The notes beneath the pieces were generated by a model. That model searched no databases, was not told the DNA's origin, and saw only the letters and a list, made by a program, of their open reading frames with translations. 64,000 nt of DNA from assembly GCA_964529415.1 (NCBI GenBank), contig CAZGWD010000002.1, positions 222,089-286,088 of the forward strand, given 5' to 3'. Shown here one piece after another: positions 49,711 to 58,863 of this stretch. Source of the stretch: an uncultured Leptospirales bacterium (GTDB lineage: Bacteria; Spirochaetota; UBA4802; UBA5550). Each line of letters begins with the position of its first letter. Position 1 is the stretch's first letter. The position numbers and the translations under genes are program-made.

Positions 49711-52182
49711 ATGAATATATTAAAATTAATACTAACTGTTTTAACAGGAGTTTTAATTCTTTCAGCCTGCGCCAATAATGCAGGCAAAGAACGCCTGAGC
49801 TATGCTGTTAACGGATTTCTTGATCTTTCAGGACGGGACCTGAAAAATGGCGACACAATCAGACTCGATGGCGAATGGGAATTCTACTGGAACCGGCTGC
49901 TGACACCTGATGATTTTTCATCTGCCGAACCTCCTGAGAAAACCGGAAACATCACCATACCATCATACTGGAACGGATATAATACCGGCATAGGAACTGC
50001 TGGAGGAGAAGGATTCGCCACATACAGACTTAAAGTGAAAATTAAAGACGGAGGAAGACTTTATGCTTTAAGAATAAAACACATGTTCACTGCATACAGG
50101 TTATGGGTAAATAATAAAATTGTGGCTGCAAATGGAACAGTCGGCAGGGACAGAAAATCAATGGAACCGCAGTTTCTTCCCCTCGTAGCTGTTTTTAATC
50201 CTCAATCCGATGAATTTCAGATTATAATCCAGATTTCTAATTTTTATCATGCAAACGGCGGCTTCTGGGATTCAATTTCTCTTGGAGATGATGAAACTAT
50301 CAGGTTCGGGCAGATACAGTCTCTGTTTTTTGAAATTTTTTTATTTGGCGTCCTTATTATAATGTGCATCTATTATATGGCTATTTTTATTCTGAGACGC
50401 CAGGACCATACATATTTATTTTTCAGTCTGTTGTGTTTTATAATTGCACTGAGAATACCATTTGTAGGAGAACGCTTTTTCATTTATTTTTTCCCGTGGC
50501 TGGACTGGGAGTTCTCTGAAAAAATCGCTTTTCTTACAGCTAATTTCGGAATCGTAATCGGAAATCTTTTTCTTTACTGGCTCCTGAAAAAGGATTATTC
50601 AAGGCTGATAATAAAAATCAGCACCGGATTTGGAATCACATACAGCCTTTTTGTTATTTTAAGTTTTTCGCGGTATTACTGGTACTCGCTGTATTTATTA
50701 TATGCAATTTTTCTGATATGGCTGTTTTACGATTTCTTCATAATAATAAAAGCTTCGATAAAAAAAAGAGAAGGCGCTGCATTTCTTATAACAGGTATAG
50801 CCTTTATATTTGCAGCTGTTGTTCTTGAAATCCTCTATCAGCTCCGGATAATAAATATCGGTCATGTGGCGCCATTCGGTTTATTTATTTTTATTATTAT
50901 GCAGGCGCTTATGCTGTCTTACAGGTATTCATTGTCATTTGAGAGGGTGGAAATGTTATCCCGTGAAAAAGCCGCTCTTTTTACAAGCGCCATTCAGATT
51001 ATTTCCTCATTGATTCTTGACAGCTCCACCAGGCTTTATGAAAAAACCCAGAATGTTACGAGAATATCAGTAATGCTTGCGCAAAAACTCGGTTATGATA
51101 TAGAAAAGATCGAGGAGATCAACATAGCATCGCTGCTTCACGACATCGGGATGATCGGGCTTCAGAATATTACTTCTGAATGGAGCGGAAAACCAAGCAA
51201 CGATGAAAAGCGGATGATCGAAAATCATCCAAGACGAAGCATTTATATCATCAGAAATCTCAGAGAGCTGGATGGCGTTAAAACCATCATTGAACAGCAC
51301 CACGAGTCGTATGATGGAAGCGGATTCCCAGCCGGTCTCAAAGGTGCACAGATTAACAAAGGCGCATCTATTATCAGGATTGCGGATGATTTTTTTACTA
51401 TGCTTGCCATTCCGGACTACCAGGATATTGACAGGAAAGAAAAAATAATCCGGTACATAAATGAACAGAAAGGACGCATTTATCCGCCTGATGTTGCTGA
51501 TGCTTTTATATCTCTCATAAATGATGAAAATCTGCTTTACGAAGCTCATAGAGACGATATCTCATCAAGCGAAGAAAACGGCACGCTGACATGGAGAATG
51601 CCGAGCGCCCTTCACCTGGAAAGCTTAATGATTGCACGCGTAATGGACAAACTTAAAGAGCTGACTGATATTGATGAGGCCTCCATAAATTCTTTTGAAT
51701 TCAGCATAGGAGAAGTGGTGCGTAATGCTGTAATTCACGGAAATAAATATAATATAAACAAGTTTGTAACTGTGAGGCTCAGGGTGGGTGATAATCTTTC
51801 AATGAGCAATGGATATAAAAAAGTTGAGATATCTGTTATTGATGAAGGTGAAGGCATGGACTTCAATGTTTACACCCACTTCAAACAGCTGAGATCGGAT
51901 TTCAGCAGCGCAATTAAGTATATCAGGGAACAGAGAGATATAATAACTGATGCAGAAAGAAAAAGCTCTTTCACGAAAATAATCAAAAATTTTGAAGAAT
52001 TCCAGCTTAAATACTTCTTTGATTTCAATAAATTCATGCAGAGAAAAGGGGCTTACCTTTCAGGCGGTTTAGGGCTTCTTTATGTGCTGCGGACATTTGA
52101 CAATGTAGAATTCAGGAAAATTACAGATGAACACAGGGTATGCGGCATGGAAATAATTATGGAAAAAAACATCAGCTATTAA
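49711..52182 (+). CDS. 7TMR-DISM receptor fused to an HD-GYP phosphodiesterase and a C-terminal RsbW-like HATPase (Ser kinase) domain
   Basis: 7TMR-DISMED2 ectodomain and 7 TM segments. HD-GYP reads LLHDIGMIGL...HHESYDGSGFPAGLKG. HATPase_c reads EVVRNAVIHGN...ISVIDEGEGMD...SGGLGLLYV. 823 aa. Confidence 0.75.
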   Translation: MNILKLILTVLTGVLILSACANNAGKERLSYAVNGFLDLSGRDLKNGDTIRLDGEWEFYWNRLLTPDDFSSAEPPEKTGNITIPSYWNGYNTGIGTAGGEGFATYRLKVKIKDGGRLYALRIKHMFTAYRLWVNNKIVAANGTVGRDRKSMEPQFLPLVAVFNPQSDEFQIIIQISNFYHANGGFWDSISLGDDETIRFGQIQSLFFEIFLFGVLIIMCIYYMAIFILRRQDHTYLFFSLLCFIIALRIPFVGERFFIYFFPWLDWEFSEKIAFLTANFGIVIGNLFLYWLLKKDYSRLIIKISTGFGITYSLFVILSFSRYYWYSLYLLYAIFLIWLFYDFFIIIKASIKKREGAAFLITGIAFIFAAVVLEILYQLRIINIGHVAPFGLFIFIIMQALMLSYRYSLSFERVEMLSREKAALFTSAIQIISSLILDSSTRLYEKTQNVTRISVMLAQKLGYDIEKIEEINIASLLHDIGMIGLQNITSEWSGKPSNDEKRMIENHPRRSIYIIRNLRELDGVKTIIEQHHESYDGSGFPAGLKGAQINKGASIIRIADDFFTMLAIPDYQDIDRKEKIIRYINEQKGRIYPPDVADAFISLINDENLLYEAHRDDISSSEENGTLTWRMPSALHLESLMIARVMDKLKELTDIDEASINSFEFSIGEVVRNAVIHGNKYNINKFVTVRLRVGDNLSMSNGYKKVEISVIDEGEGMDFNVYTHFKQLRSDFSSAIKYIREQRDIITDAERKSSFTKIIKNFEEFQLKYFFDFNKFMQRKGAYLSGGLGLLYVLRTFDNVEFRKITDEHRVCGMEIIMEKNISY

Positions 52183-53161
52183 TAATACTGAAAATTAATT
52201 CTGTAGATTCTCTTGGCATAAGATAGAGTTTAAGCTGTTCAGTTAATTCAGGCAGTGCCAGATATTTTGCTGTTGATATAATTACTGGTTCAAATGAACC
52301 ATCTTCCTTAATTGAATAAATACCGCCCGAGCTGGTATAAAACATTATTTTTTTATTTTTTCCGATTACCTCATCGCCTCTGCCCAATGCAATAATTTTC
52401 TCTCCAATTCTGATATCTCTAAAAAAAGTATATGTCAGGGCTACAGTAATACCGCCCTGGCCTGATAAAAATAATCCGCCCCATCCCATGATTTCATCTA
52501 TCAGGGCTAACGGAGCAACCGGGTGTACTGTTTCTTCATTTTTAAACCAGAAAAAATTATTATCATCTTCTCTGTCAAGTCCTGCCAGTGAATAAACAAT
52601 TTTTTCATCTGAATTGTTTAATAATTTAAACTCTCTTTTCAAACCAGGATACTTTCTATCATATCCGCAGACAAGACAGTCTTTATAGCGCGGCAAGGTC
52701 ATGTTTTCATTATTGCGTACAATGCATTGGGATATATGTTGTTCATTAAAAAATCCCGGTGTATATTGTTCATTACATTTATAGTATACTTTTGCTGCAA
52801 TATAAGGATGCTGATTGCCTGCAACAGATATTGAACCGGATGCTCCATATTCTTCAGGAGAAACTTTTAACAGGACTGAATCTCCTATCTGAACCTTTGC
52901 TCCTCCAAGATGAAAATCAATTTTTTTCGGGAAGATCCCGGAATTATTTTCCGGATAATTATCAAGGCCTGATATCAGTTCTATAATTGCACCCATGCCG
53001 AAACCGCCGTGCGGCAATCCAATCCATCCTTGAGTTCTTCCATCCATTATGAATTCTGTATAGAGTTCTTTTGTGTTGTCGTCTTTTTTAAAACCTCTGA
53101 TTAAAAATCCGTCTTCAGAACAGCCTATGCAATGGTTGTGATTCTTTATTTTATATTTCAT
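52172..53161 (-). CDS. Hypothetical protein with two CxxC pairs
   Basis: 329 aa; CIGC near the N-terminus and CLVCG mid-protein; no confident family assignment. Confidence 0.35.
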   Translation of the reverse strand: MKYKIKNHNHCIGCSEDGFLIRGFKKDDNTKELYTEFIMDGRTQGWIGLPHGGFGMGAIIELISGLDNYPENNSGIFPKKIDFHLGGAKVQIGDSVLLKVSPEEYGASGSISVAGNQHPYIAAKVYYKCNEQYTPGFFNEQHISQCIVRNNENMTLPRYKDCLVCGYDRKYPGLKREFKLLNNSDEKIVYSLAGLDREDDNNFFWFKNEETVHPVAPLALIDEIMGWGGLFLSGQGGITVALTYTFFRDIRIGEKIIALGRGDEVIGKNKKIMFYTSSGGIYSIKEDGSFEPVIISTAKYLALPELTEQLKLYLMPRESTELIFSIINS

Positions 53162-53188
53162 TTTATTTCCAAAATTATTTTTTTATAA

Positions 53189-53294
53189 GGAAAAGTCCGT
53201 TATATAATTAAAAAATCTCTTAAGCAGCCCTGCTTTTATTGAGACAGATTTATAATTTACTAAAGATAAAAGCAACTATAATTCTTGACTTTCC
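53189..53294 (+). repeat. Copy C of the ~105-nt intergenic element (GGAAAAGTCCG ... AAAGCAACTATAATTCTTGACTTTCCG)
   Basis: Nine-bp inverted termini. It lies in the divergent promoter region between the 52172-53161 gene and 53340. Confidence 0.6.
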
Positions 53295-53339
53295 GTACGC
53301 GTATTGAAAATATTAATTACATTTTACTGAGGTTAAGAG

Positions 53340-55217
53340 ATGAAAAGCAATGCCGCAGCTCTGATATTTTTTTTATGCTCAATTATATTTCAGATTAATG
53401 GATTGAATCACCTCCAAGCTGATCCTGCTGTAATTGTAGACGGATCGCCTTCTGAGTGGGGGTCTCTTGACGCTGAGCAATTTATAAAACCTGCAAGTGC
53501 CTCAACCGGAATTCAGATTGCATCGCTATCTGTACACAGGAAGGGTGAATTTTTCTTTTTTCTCATGACGTTTCAAGACAGCATAGATACAAATCCCAAA
53601 TTAAGGTATTTCATAAACTTCAATACAGATGATAACAACATAAGCGACTTCCAGGCTGCTGTCTCTCACGGCACAAAAGGTGATACAAGCAGGTTTAAAA
53701 AAGACTGGTCTACTTATGATTTCAAAACAATGGACACAGCGCCCGGATTCAAGTCGGCCATGGGGAGTGCTGTGGAATTCCAGATTCCGGTATCCATGTT
53801 TAAAGGACGAAACGCTTTTGGTTTTACAGCAGGTGTATGGGACACTTCAAAGGCAATTGCCCTTGATTCATTCAGGGGGTATTATACTAAACTGAAAATA
53901 CACTATACCCTTACTGTTCTCGACCCTGGAAAACATCTCGTAAAAATAGATGCAAAATTTACCGGTTTTCCGGATGAATATATCAACCTGCATTTTCCGC
54001 CTAATTATCCGCAGGCTGGAGAGATCACAGTCAAAGATTTAAAAGCCGCCGGCTCTGACAGAGTGAAGCTGGATATATCCCGAAAGAAAAGTACATACTT
54101 AATCAAAACCGGAAAATCTGCCAAAGAATTTTCACTCAGCTATATGCTGGCGATGAACATGTACCATGACTCACCTGTACGCGGACCTGCAGGATATTTA
54201 TGTAAAAGCTACATGCTCACAAGCACATGCTGGAGTCTCATCTCGCCCGTAACCGAAGAAGCGCGCGAGTACCGGCTCACTTTGAATCTTCCTGAAGGCT
54301 GGGTGCCGGTTGTGCCGTGGAAAAAGTCAGGAGCAGAATTTATAGAAACTGACACGTCTCTGTTCAGACAGACGACATTCGGAGCGGGGCTGTTTGATAT
54401 ACAGAAAAAATGGATTGCAGGCACTGAAGTGACTGTTGCGGTTGATTCGCATTTCGATGAAAAGTTCCGTAATGAGCTGTTTAAAAATTCTTTCATGTCG
54501 TTCGCGTTCATCAAGTCTATATTCAACGCACAGGGGCCTGCAGCGCACCTGTCAATATTCGCCAAGCCGGAGGGAGAAAACGAATGGCAGTCTTTCAACG
54601 AGAACGGACTCAGCCAGGGGGAAGCAGTCAATGATATGAACAGCGCAGTGTACCAGTTTACACACAGGGTCTTTCATTCATTCAACGCGTTTTATCCGGC
54701 AGGCATGGATATTGAACCTACATGGTTTCTTGAAGGTGTCAACGAATACTATTGTGCGCTCGCCAAAATTAAAGCCGGTACAGAGGCTCCGCTTCATTCG
54801 CTATCTGATTTTTATTTCAATGAATATATTAAAAAGCGAGCAAAACTTGACGCACCGCTTATTGGGAACACCCGCTTTCCTGCTGACTGGGAAAAAGAAA
54901 ATTTTCTCGCATACAAAAAAGGGGCTCTTGCAGCGCTTCTTCTTGATATTGAGATCAGGCGCCTGTCAGACCATAAGGCCTCTTTGAATGATCTGATCTC
55001 CGCTATATACAAAACACACGGCCAGTTCAAAGGAATAAAAGTTACAGATGAGATTATTGAAAAAACCGCTTCCATGGTCACAGGCAAGGATATGAAACCA
55101 TTTTTCAATAAGTATATCTACACTGACACAAAGTACGACATGGTCAAGCTATTCAGTGATGACAACAGCAACGGGATATGCAATGCAGCTGAAGAAATCA
55201 TACTGCATTTAAAGTAA
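53340..55217 (+). CDS. Secreted protein with a zinc-peptidase-like C-terminal half, possibly non-catalytic
   Basis: Signal peptide; the C-terminal region FTHRVFHSFNAFY....EGVNEYY resembles an M1/M61-type HExxH...E arrangement but with HRxxH; 625 aa. Confidence 0.4.
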   Translation: MKSNAAALIFFLCSIIFQINGLNHLQADPAVIVDGSPSEWGSLDAEQFIKPASASTGIQIASLSVHRKGEFFFFLMTFQDSIDTNPKLRYFINFNTDDNNISDFQAAVSHGTKGDTSRFKKDWSTYDFKTMDTAPGFKSAMGSAVEFQIPVSMFKGRNAFGFTAGVWDTSKAIALDSFRGYYTKLKIHYTLTVLDPGKHLVKIDAKFTGFPDEYINLHFPPNYPQAGEITVKDLKAAGSDRVKLDISRKKSTYLIKTGKSAKEFSLSYMLAMNMYHDSPVRGPAGYLCKSYMLTSTCWSLISPVTEEAREYRLTLNLPEGWVPVVPWKKSGAEFIETDTSLFRQTTFGAGLFDIQKKWIAGTEVTVAVDSHFDEKFRNELFKNSFMSFAFIKSIFNAQGPAAHLSIFAKPEGENEWQSFNENGLSQGEAVNDMNSAVYQFTHRVFHSFNAFYPAGMDIEPTWFLEGVNEYYCALAKIKAGTEAPLHSLSDFYFNEYIKKRAKLDAPLIGNTRFPADWEKENFLAYKKGALAALLLDIEIRRLSDHKASLNDLISAIYKTHGQFKGIKVTDEIIEKTASMVTGKDMKPFFNKYIYTDTKYDMVKLFSDDNSNGICNAAEEIILHLK

Positions 55218-55229
55218 ACTGAAAGTCTT

Positions 55230-57191
55230 TCACACAATATCGATGATGATCAGTGTAAAATCATCATCGAAAGCTTTGAAAGAATTCCATTCGCTTAAAG
55301 CATTGTATATTAATTCTATTGTTTCATTTATAGAAAGATTTCTATTCTTCATAAAAAAAGCATTCAGCCTTTCCTGCCCGAATATCTCTCTCCTTTCGTT
55401 ATGAACTTCAACCAGACCATCTGTATAGAGAATTATTCTGTCACCTGAATCTATATTAAACTCAAAAATTTCCAGATCTATATCAGGCTTGAATCCAATA
55501 ATCATTCCACGGGGTTTGTATTGATGCATTTCCGCTTCACTGTTTTTACAGGATATATGAAGCAGCAGTTCATGACCGGCCCTTGCGAATTTCGCTTTTT
55601 TTTCCAATGCGCTGATATAACAATATCCTGCTGTCAGAAAATTGCCTTCCATCTTGTCAAAGAGATACCTGTTCAAGCCCTTAATAAACAGATCCGGATT
55701 TGCATATACTGGAGCGAGTGTACTGAATAAAATTTTAACCATTGAAGCTATCAAAGAGGCAGGTATTCCATGACCGGAAACATCAGCAATGAGTACTCCA
55801 ATCTTATCCTGTTCAGGAAAATGAAAATTATAGAAATCACCGCTTATATCATCTGCCGGGATATATTTTACTCCTATGCCGAACGCGCTGGATTCAGGAA
55901 GTATTTCTGGAACATTAGCGAGCTGAATTTTTCTTGCTATGGAAATTTCATTTTCAAGTCGTGCCAGCCGTTTACCCTCTTCCATCTTTTCCAGCAGAAT
56001 AATATTCAGCTGCTCAGAAGTATTCAGATTATAAATAAACCTGTTTACGAGCTGAAGTCCAATAAGGATCAACATGAAAGGAACTCCAATAGGATAAAGC
56101 GGAACGCCTCCTTCAAATAAATGAAGGCTGAATACAAGAATATCATATATACCAAAAATAAAAACAGGGAGAAGCGTTAAAAAAAGCATACGCCCTTTCT
56201 TATTTCCGGAAATGAGCTGGCGTATGGAAACAATGACAATATCCACTATATATATAGGAATAAGCAGCAGAAAAATATTTCTCCAGAGAATAATATAATA
56301 ACGGTCCTGAGACAATGACATAAGTAATGCAAAGGTAACCGGCAGAAAAAGATATATCACTATTCTTTTCCATTTAACACCGACATCTAAATAACTTCTG
56401 AAAAAGAAAGCAAGAAAAGGTGGAAAAAAAATAAGACCTATTGCGCATATTTTAAAAATTGTATTGGAAGACAAGGGAAGATATGGATAGAGATTTTCAA
56501 CAAACTGAAGAATCGTCATATCAGAGAGTAAAAAGGTCGCACTTGCGTAATATAAATACACGATCTCCTTTTTTCTTTTCAGATATATTGTTATGAATAA
56601 TAGAGAAAAACTCATTAGGAGAATCCATAAAGCATGTATGAATTCTATCTGTATAAAATTTTTATACATGAATTCAAAGTTGCCGCTTTCTTCATCAATG
56701 ATCCTAATCGGCGATATGAACCAGAGTTCAGCATTAAAATAATTGATTATATCTATACTGTTTTCTCCATGGATTAAGAATTCAGAATGTAATGGATAAT
56801 TGCGGAACTTGGACCATCCTGATTTGAAGTCAGGCGGGAATTTGCCGGTATTCCCGATTTTTTTCCCATTGATATAGACTATATCAGTGTTCATTATCTC
56901 TCCGGCCTGAAAGACCAGATTTTCCGAGGATGTGTTATTTATCTTTACTGTTTTTCTATATAGTATATATCCACTTGAAATATTATTTTTTTCAGCAATT
57001 ATTTCGAATAGTCTTCTATTGGGCAGTTGCACTGATTCCCATAAGGTATTTTCTGCAGGGGGGTAATCCTTTTCAGAATTTATCAGACAGTATTTCCATG
57101 TACCGGACAAATCGATTTCCGTACCGGCAAACGCTTCGCTTGCGGCTATTAAAGAAATCATTATGAATAATGTGATATATTTGAGCCGCAT
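55230..57191 (-). CDS. 7TMR-DISM receptor fused to a PP2C/SpoIIE-type phosphatase (RsbU-like)
   Basis: Signal peptide, 7TMR-DISMED2 ectodomain (IDLSGTWKYCL), 7 TM segments, and a C-terminal SpoIIE/PPM domain GVLIADVSGHGIPASLIASMVK...LYTDGLVE; 653 aa. Confidence 0.8.
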   Translation of the reverse strand: MRLKYITLFIMISLIAASEAFAGTEIDLSGTWKYCLINSEKDYPPAENTLWESVQLPNRRLFEIIAEKNNISSGYILYRKTVKINNTSSENLVFQAGEIMNTDIVYINGKKIGNTGKFPPDFKSGWSKFRNYPLHSEFLIHGENSIDIINYFNAELWFISPIRIIDEESGNFEFMYKNFIQIEFIHALWILLMSFSLLFITIYLKRKKEIVYLYYASATFLLSDMTILQFVENLYPYLPLSSNTIFKICAIGLIFFPPFLAFFFRSYLDVGVKWKRIVIYLFLPVTFALLMSLSQDRYYIILWRNIFLLLIPIYIVDIVIVSIRQLISGNKKGRMLFLTLLPVFIFGIYDILVFSLHLFEGGVPLYPIGVPFMLILIGLQLVNRFIYNLNTSEQLNIILLEKMEEGKRLARLENEISIARKIQLANVPEILPESSAFGIGVKYIPADDISGDFYNFHFPEQDKIGVLIADVSGHGIPASLIASMVKILFSTLAPVYANPDLFIKGLNRYLFDKMEGNFLTAGYCYISALEKKAKFARAGHELLLHISCKNSEAEMHQYKPRGMIIGFKPDIDLEIFEFNIDSGDRIILYTDGLVEVHNERREIFGQERLNAFFMKNRNLSINETIELIYNALSEWNSFKAFDDDFTLIIIDIV

Positions 57192-57395
57192 AAATTATTA
57201 AATTTCCTGTTTGTTATATGATCATTATAGAATGTTTGTTGAAGAATTGCAATTTATTTTTTATTAACCGGTGGCTGGTTCGATTCCGCTTACCAGCTGA
57301 TAACCCCTGTGTCAGCAGCAATTTTTCAGCTTTTAAAATTAGCCCCTATTTCAAAATTTCACGCAAAAAACCTTCTCTGACTGGATCATATTTAC

Positions 57396-57641
57396 ATGAA
57401 TTATAAAACTTTCTGCATAGAAACCTTCGGCTGCAAGATGAATAAAAACGATTCAGAGCTGATCTCCGCTATATACAAAACACACGGCCAGTTCAAAGGA
57501 ATAGAAGTTACATATGAGATTATTGAAAAAACCGCTTCCTTGGTCACGGGCAATGATATGAAACCATTTTTCAATAATTATATCTACTCGGACACAAGGT
57601 ACGACATGAATGTTTATCAAGTTTTGTTATTGAAATATTAG
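57396..57641 (+). pseudogene. Chimeric ORF fusing a diverged copy of the miaB promoter/5' end to a copy of the 3' end of the 53340-55217 gene
   Basis: The first 24 aa (MNYKTFCIETFGCKMNKNDSELIS) parallel the MiaB N-terminus at 58864. The next ~50 aa are ~93% nt-identical to 54995-55160. The junction lies in the shared CTGATCTC. Confidence 0.6.
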
Positions 57642-57702
57642 GGATGCTTTTTTTAATTATACAGACATTCTAAAACTATAAAAAATTCAGGCGGGAAATG
57701 AC

Positions 57703-58686
57703 ATGAAACGCGGTTTGAACTTATTTTCGTATTTACTATTAATTTCAGGTATTTTATTTCTGGGCAGTCTAAATTCAATTTTGAAAGCTGAAGCTGTATT
57801 TATGAATGATGGCTCAATTATTGAATGTAAAGTCATAAGGGACACTGATAAAGCAATTACAATTCAACCGAATACCGGACAGGCCAGGGTAATTCATAGA
57901 AAGGACCTCATTCGTGTACTATATAGTGACGATTTCAGGAATAAAGTATTTATTTACAAGCTTGATGACAGGCTTGTTGAAGGCTATATTGTATATGAAG
58001 ACAGGGATAACTATACGATAAGAGAAGATCTTTCATCTCCAATTGAGCTTACAATTGCAAAAAACAAAGTAAATTTCATTTCAAAGAAAAAAGTTGTTCC
58101 GACTATTATAGAAAAAAAGGCTGAAGCAGAGAAAGGAGTTGAGGTCGAGGAAAGCAAACGTCTTTTTGGAATAGACTGGGGGCTGGGAATCGGGTTTCCT
58201 ATTTATTTCAAAAAATATATTTTATCTGATGAGACTGGTGCAAATACTTACAATGCTACTGCAGGAATATTAAGTTTATTGGGGATTAAAATACATACTT
58301 TTTTTGATTTCAGATTCAATATACTCAGCTGGTTAAGCGCAGGGGCGGAAATAGGAATTAATCTTTTCCCGAATGTAGCAAATTTAGCTGGCGGAGATTA
58401 TGTATATGCAGTATATCCTGTTTTTAATCTTGATATACCATTAAGAGGATTTTTAAGATTCGGGAAAAAAAACTACTACGGACAGCTTTTCGGAGGATAT
58501 TACCTTGGTGTTTTACCAATAGTATCAATGGGGTCTAACATCTATTATGAGAGAGGAGGAGAATTGGGAACCAGGATTAATTTATGGGGATTTTTCCTCG
58601 AATTTTCATTTGTTTTTGCAAATACGGAAGCTAACAGTTATGACCATGCAAGATTTGCTCTTGGTTATACCGGAAGAATATTTTAA
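57703..58686 (+). CDS. Hypothetical outer-membrane beta-barrel-like protein
   Basis: Signal peptide, alternating beta-strand-like segments, C-terminal aromatic residue (...TGRIF). Confidence 0.4.
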   Translation: MKRGLNLFSYLLLISGILFLGSLNSILKAEAVFMNDGSIIECKVIRDTDKAITIQPNTGQARVIHRKDLIRVLYSDDFRNKVFIYKLDDRLVEGYIVYEDRDNYTIREDLSSPIELTIAKNKVNFISKKKVVPTIIEKKAEAEKGVEVEESKRLFGIDWGLGIGFPIYFKKYILSDETGANTYNATAGILSLLGIKIHTFFDFRFNILSWLSAGAEIGINLFPNVANLAGGDYVYAVYPVFNLDIPLRGFLRFGKKNYYGQLFGGYYLGVLPIVSMGSNIYYERGGELGTRINLWGFFLEFSFVFANTEANSYDHARFALGYTGRIF

Positions 58687-58863
58687 TCAGTAAGTTGTTA
58701 TATTAAATCAAAATAAACCGCCTTAATCCAGGGCGGTTTATTTATTTGTTTTTTATTTATAGCTATTTTCGATATAAAAACAAAAAGTTTATCATAACGT
58801 CCCCTATTCCTCACGAATATAAAAATTTCTTGTAAAAAACCTTCCCGAAGTGAAACTTGCAAT

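Noticed and set aside
57270-57300. Possible tRNA gene or fragment (GGTTCGATTCC T-loop motif)
   Set aside because: The T-stem has a C·C mismatch and two G·U pairs. There is no complementary 5' acceptor strand or anticodon arm upstream, and no CCA. At most it is a decayed 3' tRNA fragment, and it is reported only as part of the recombination-scar finding.
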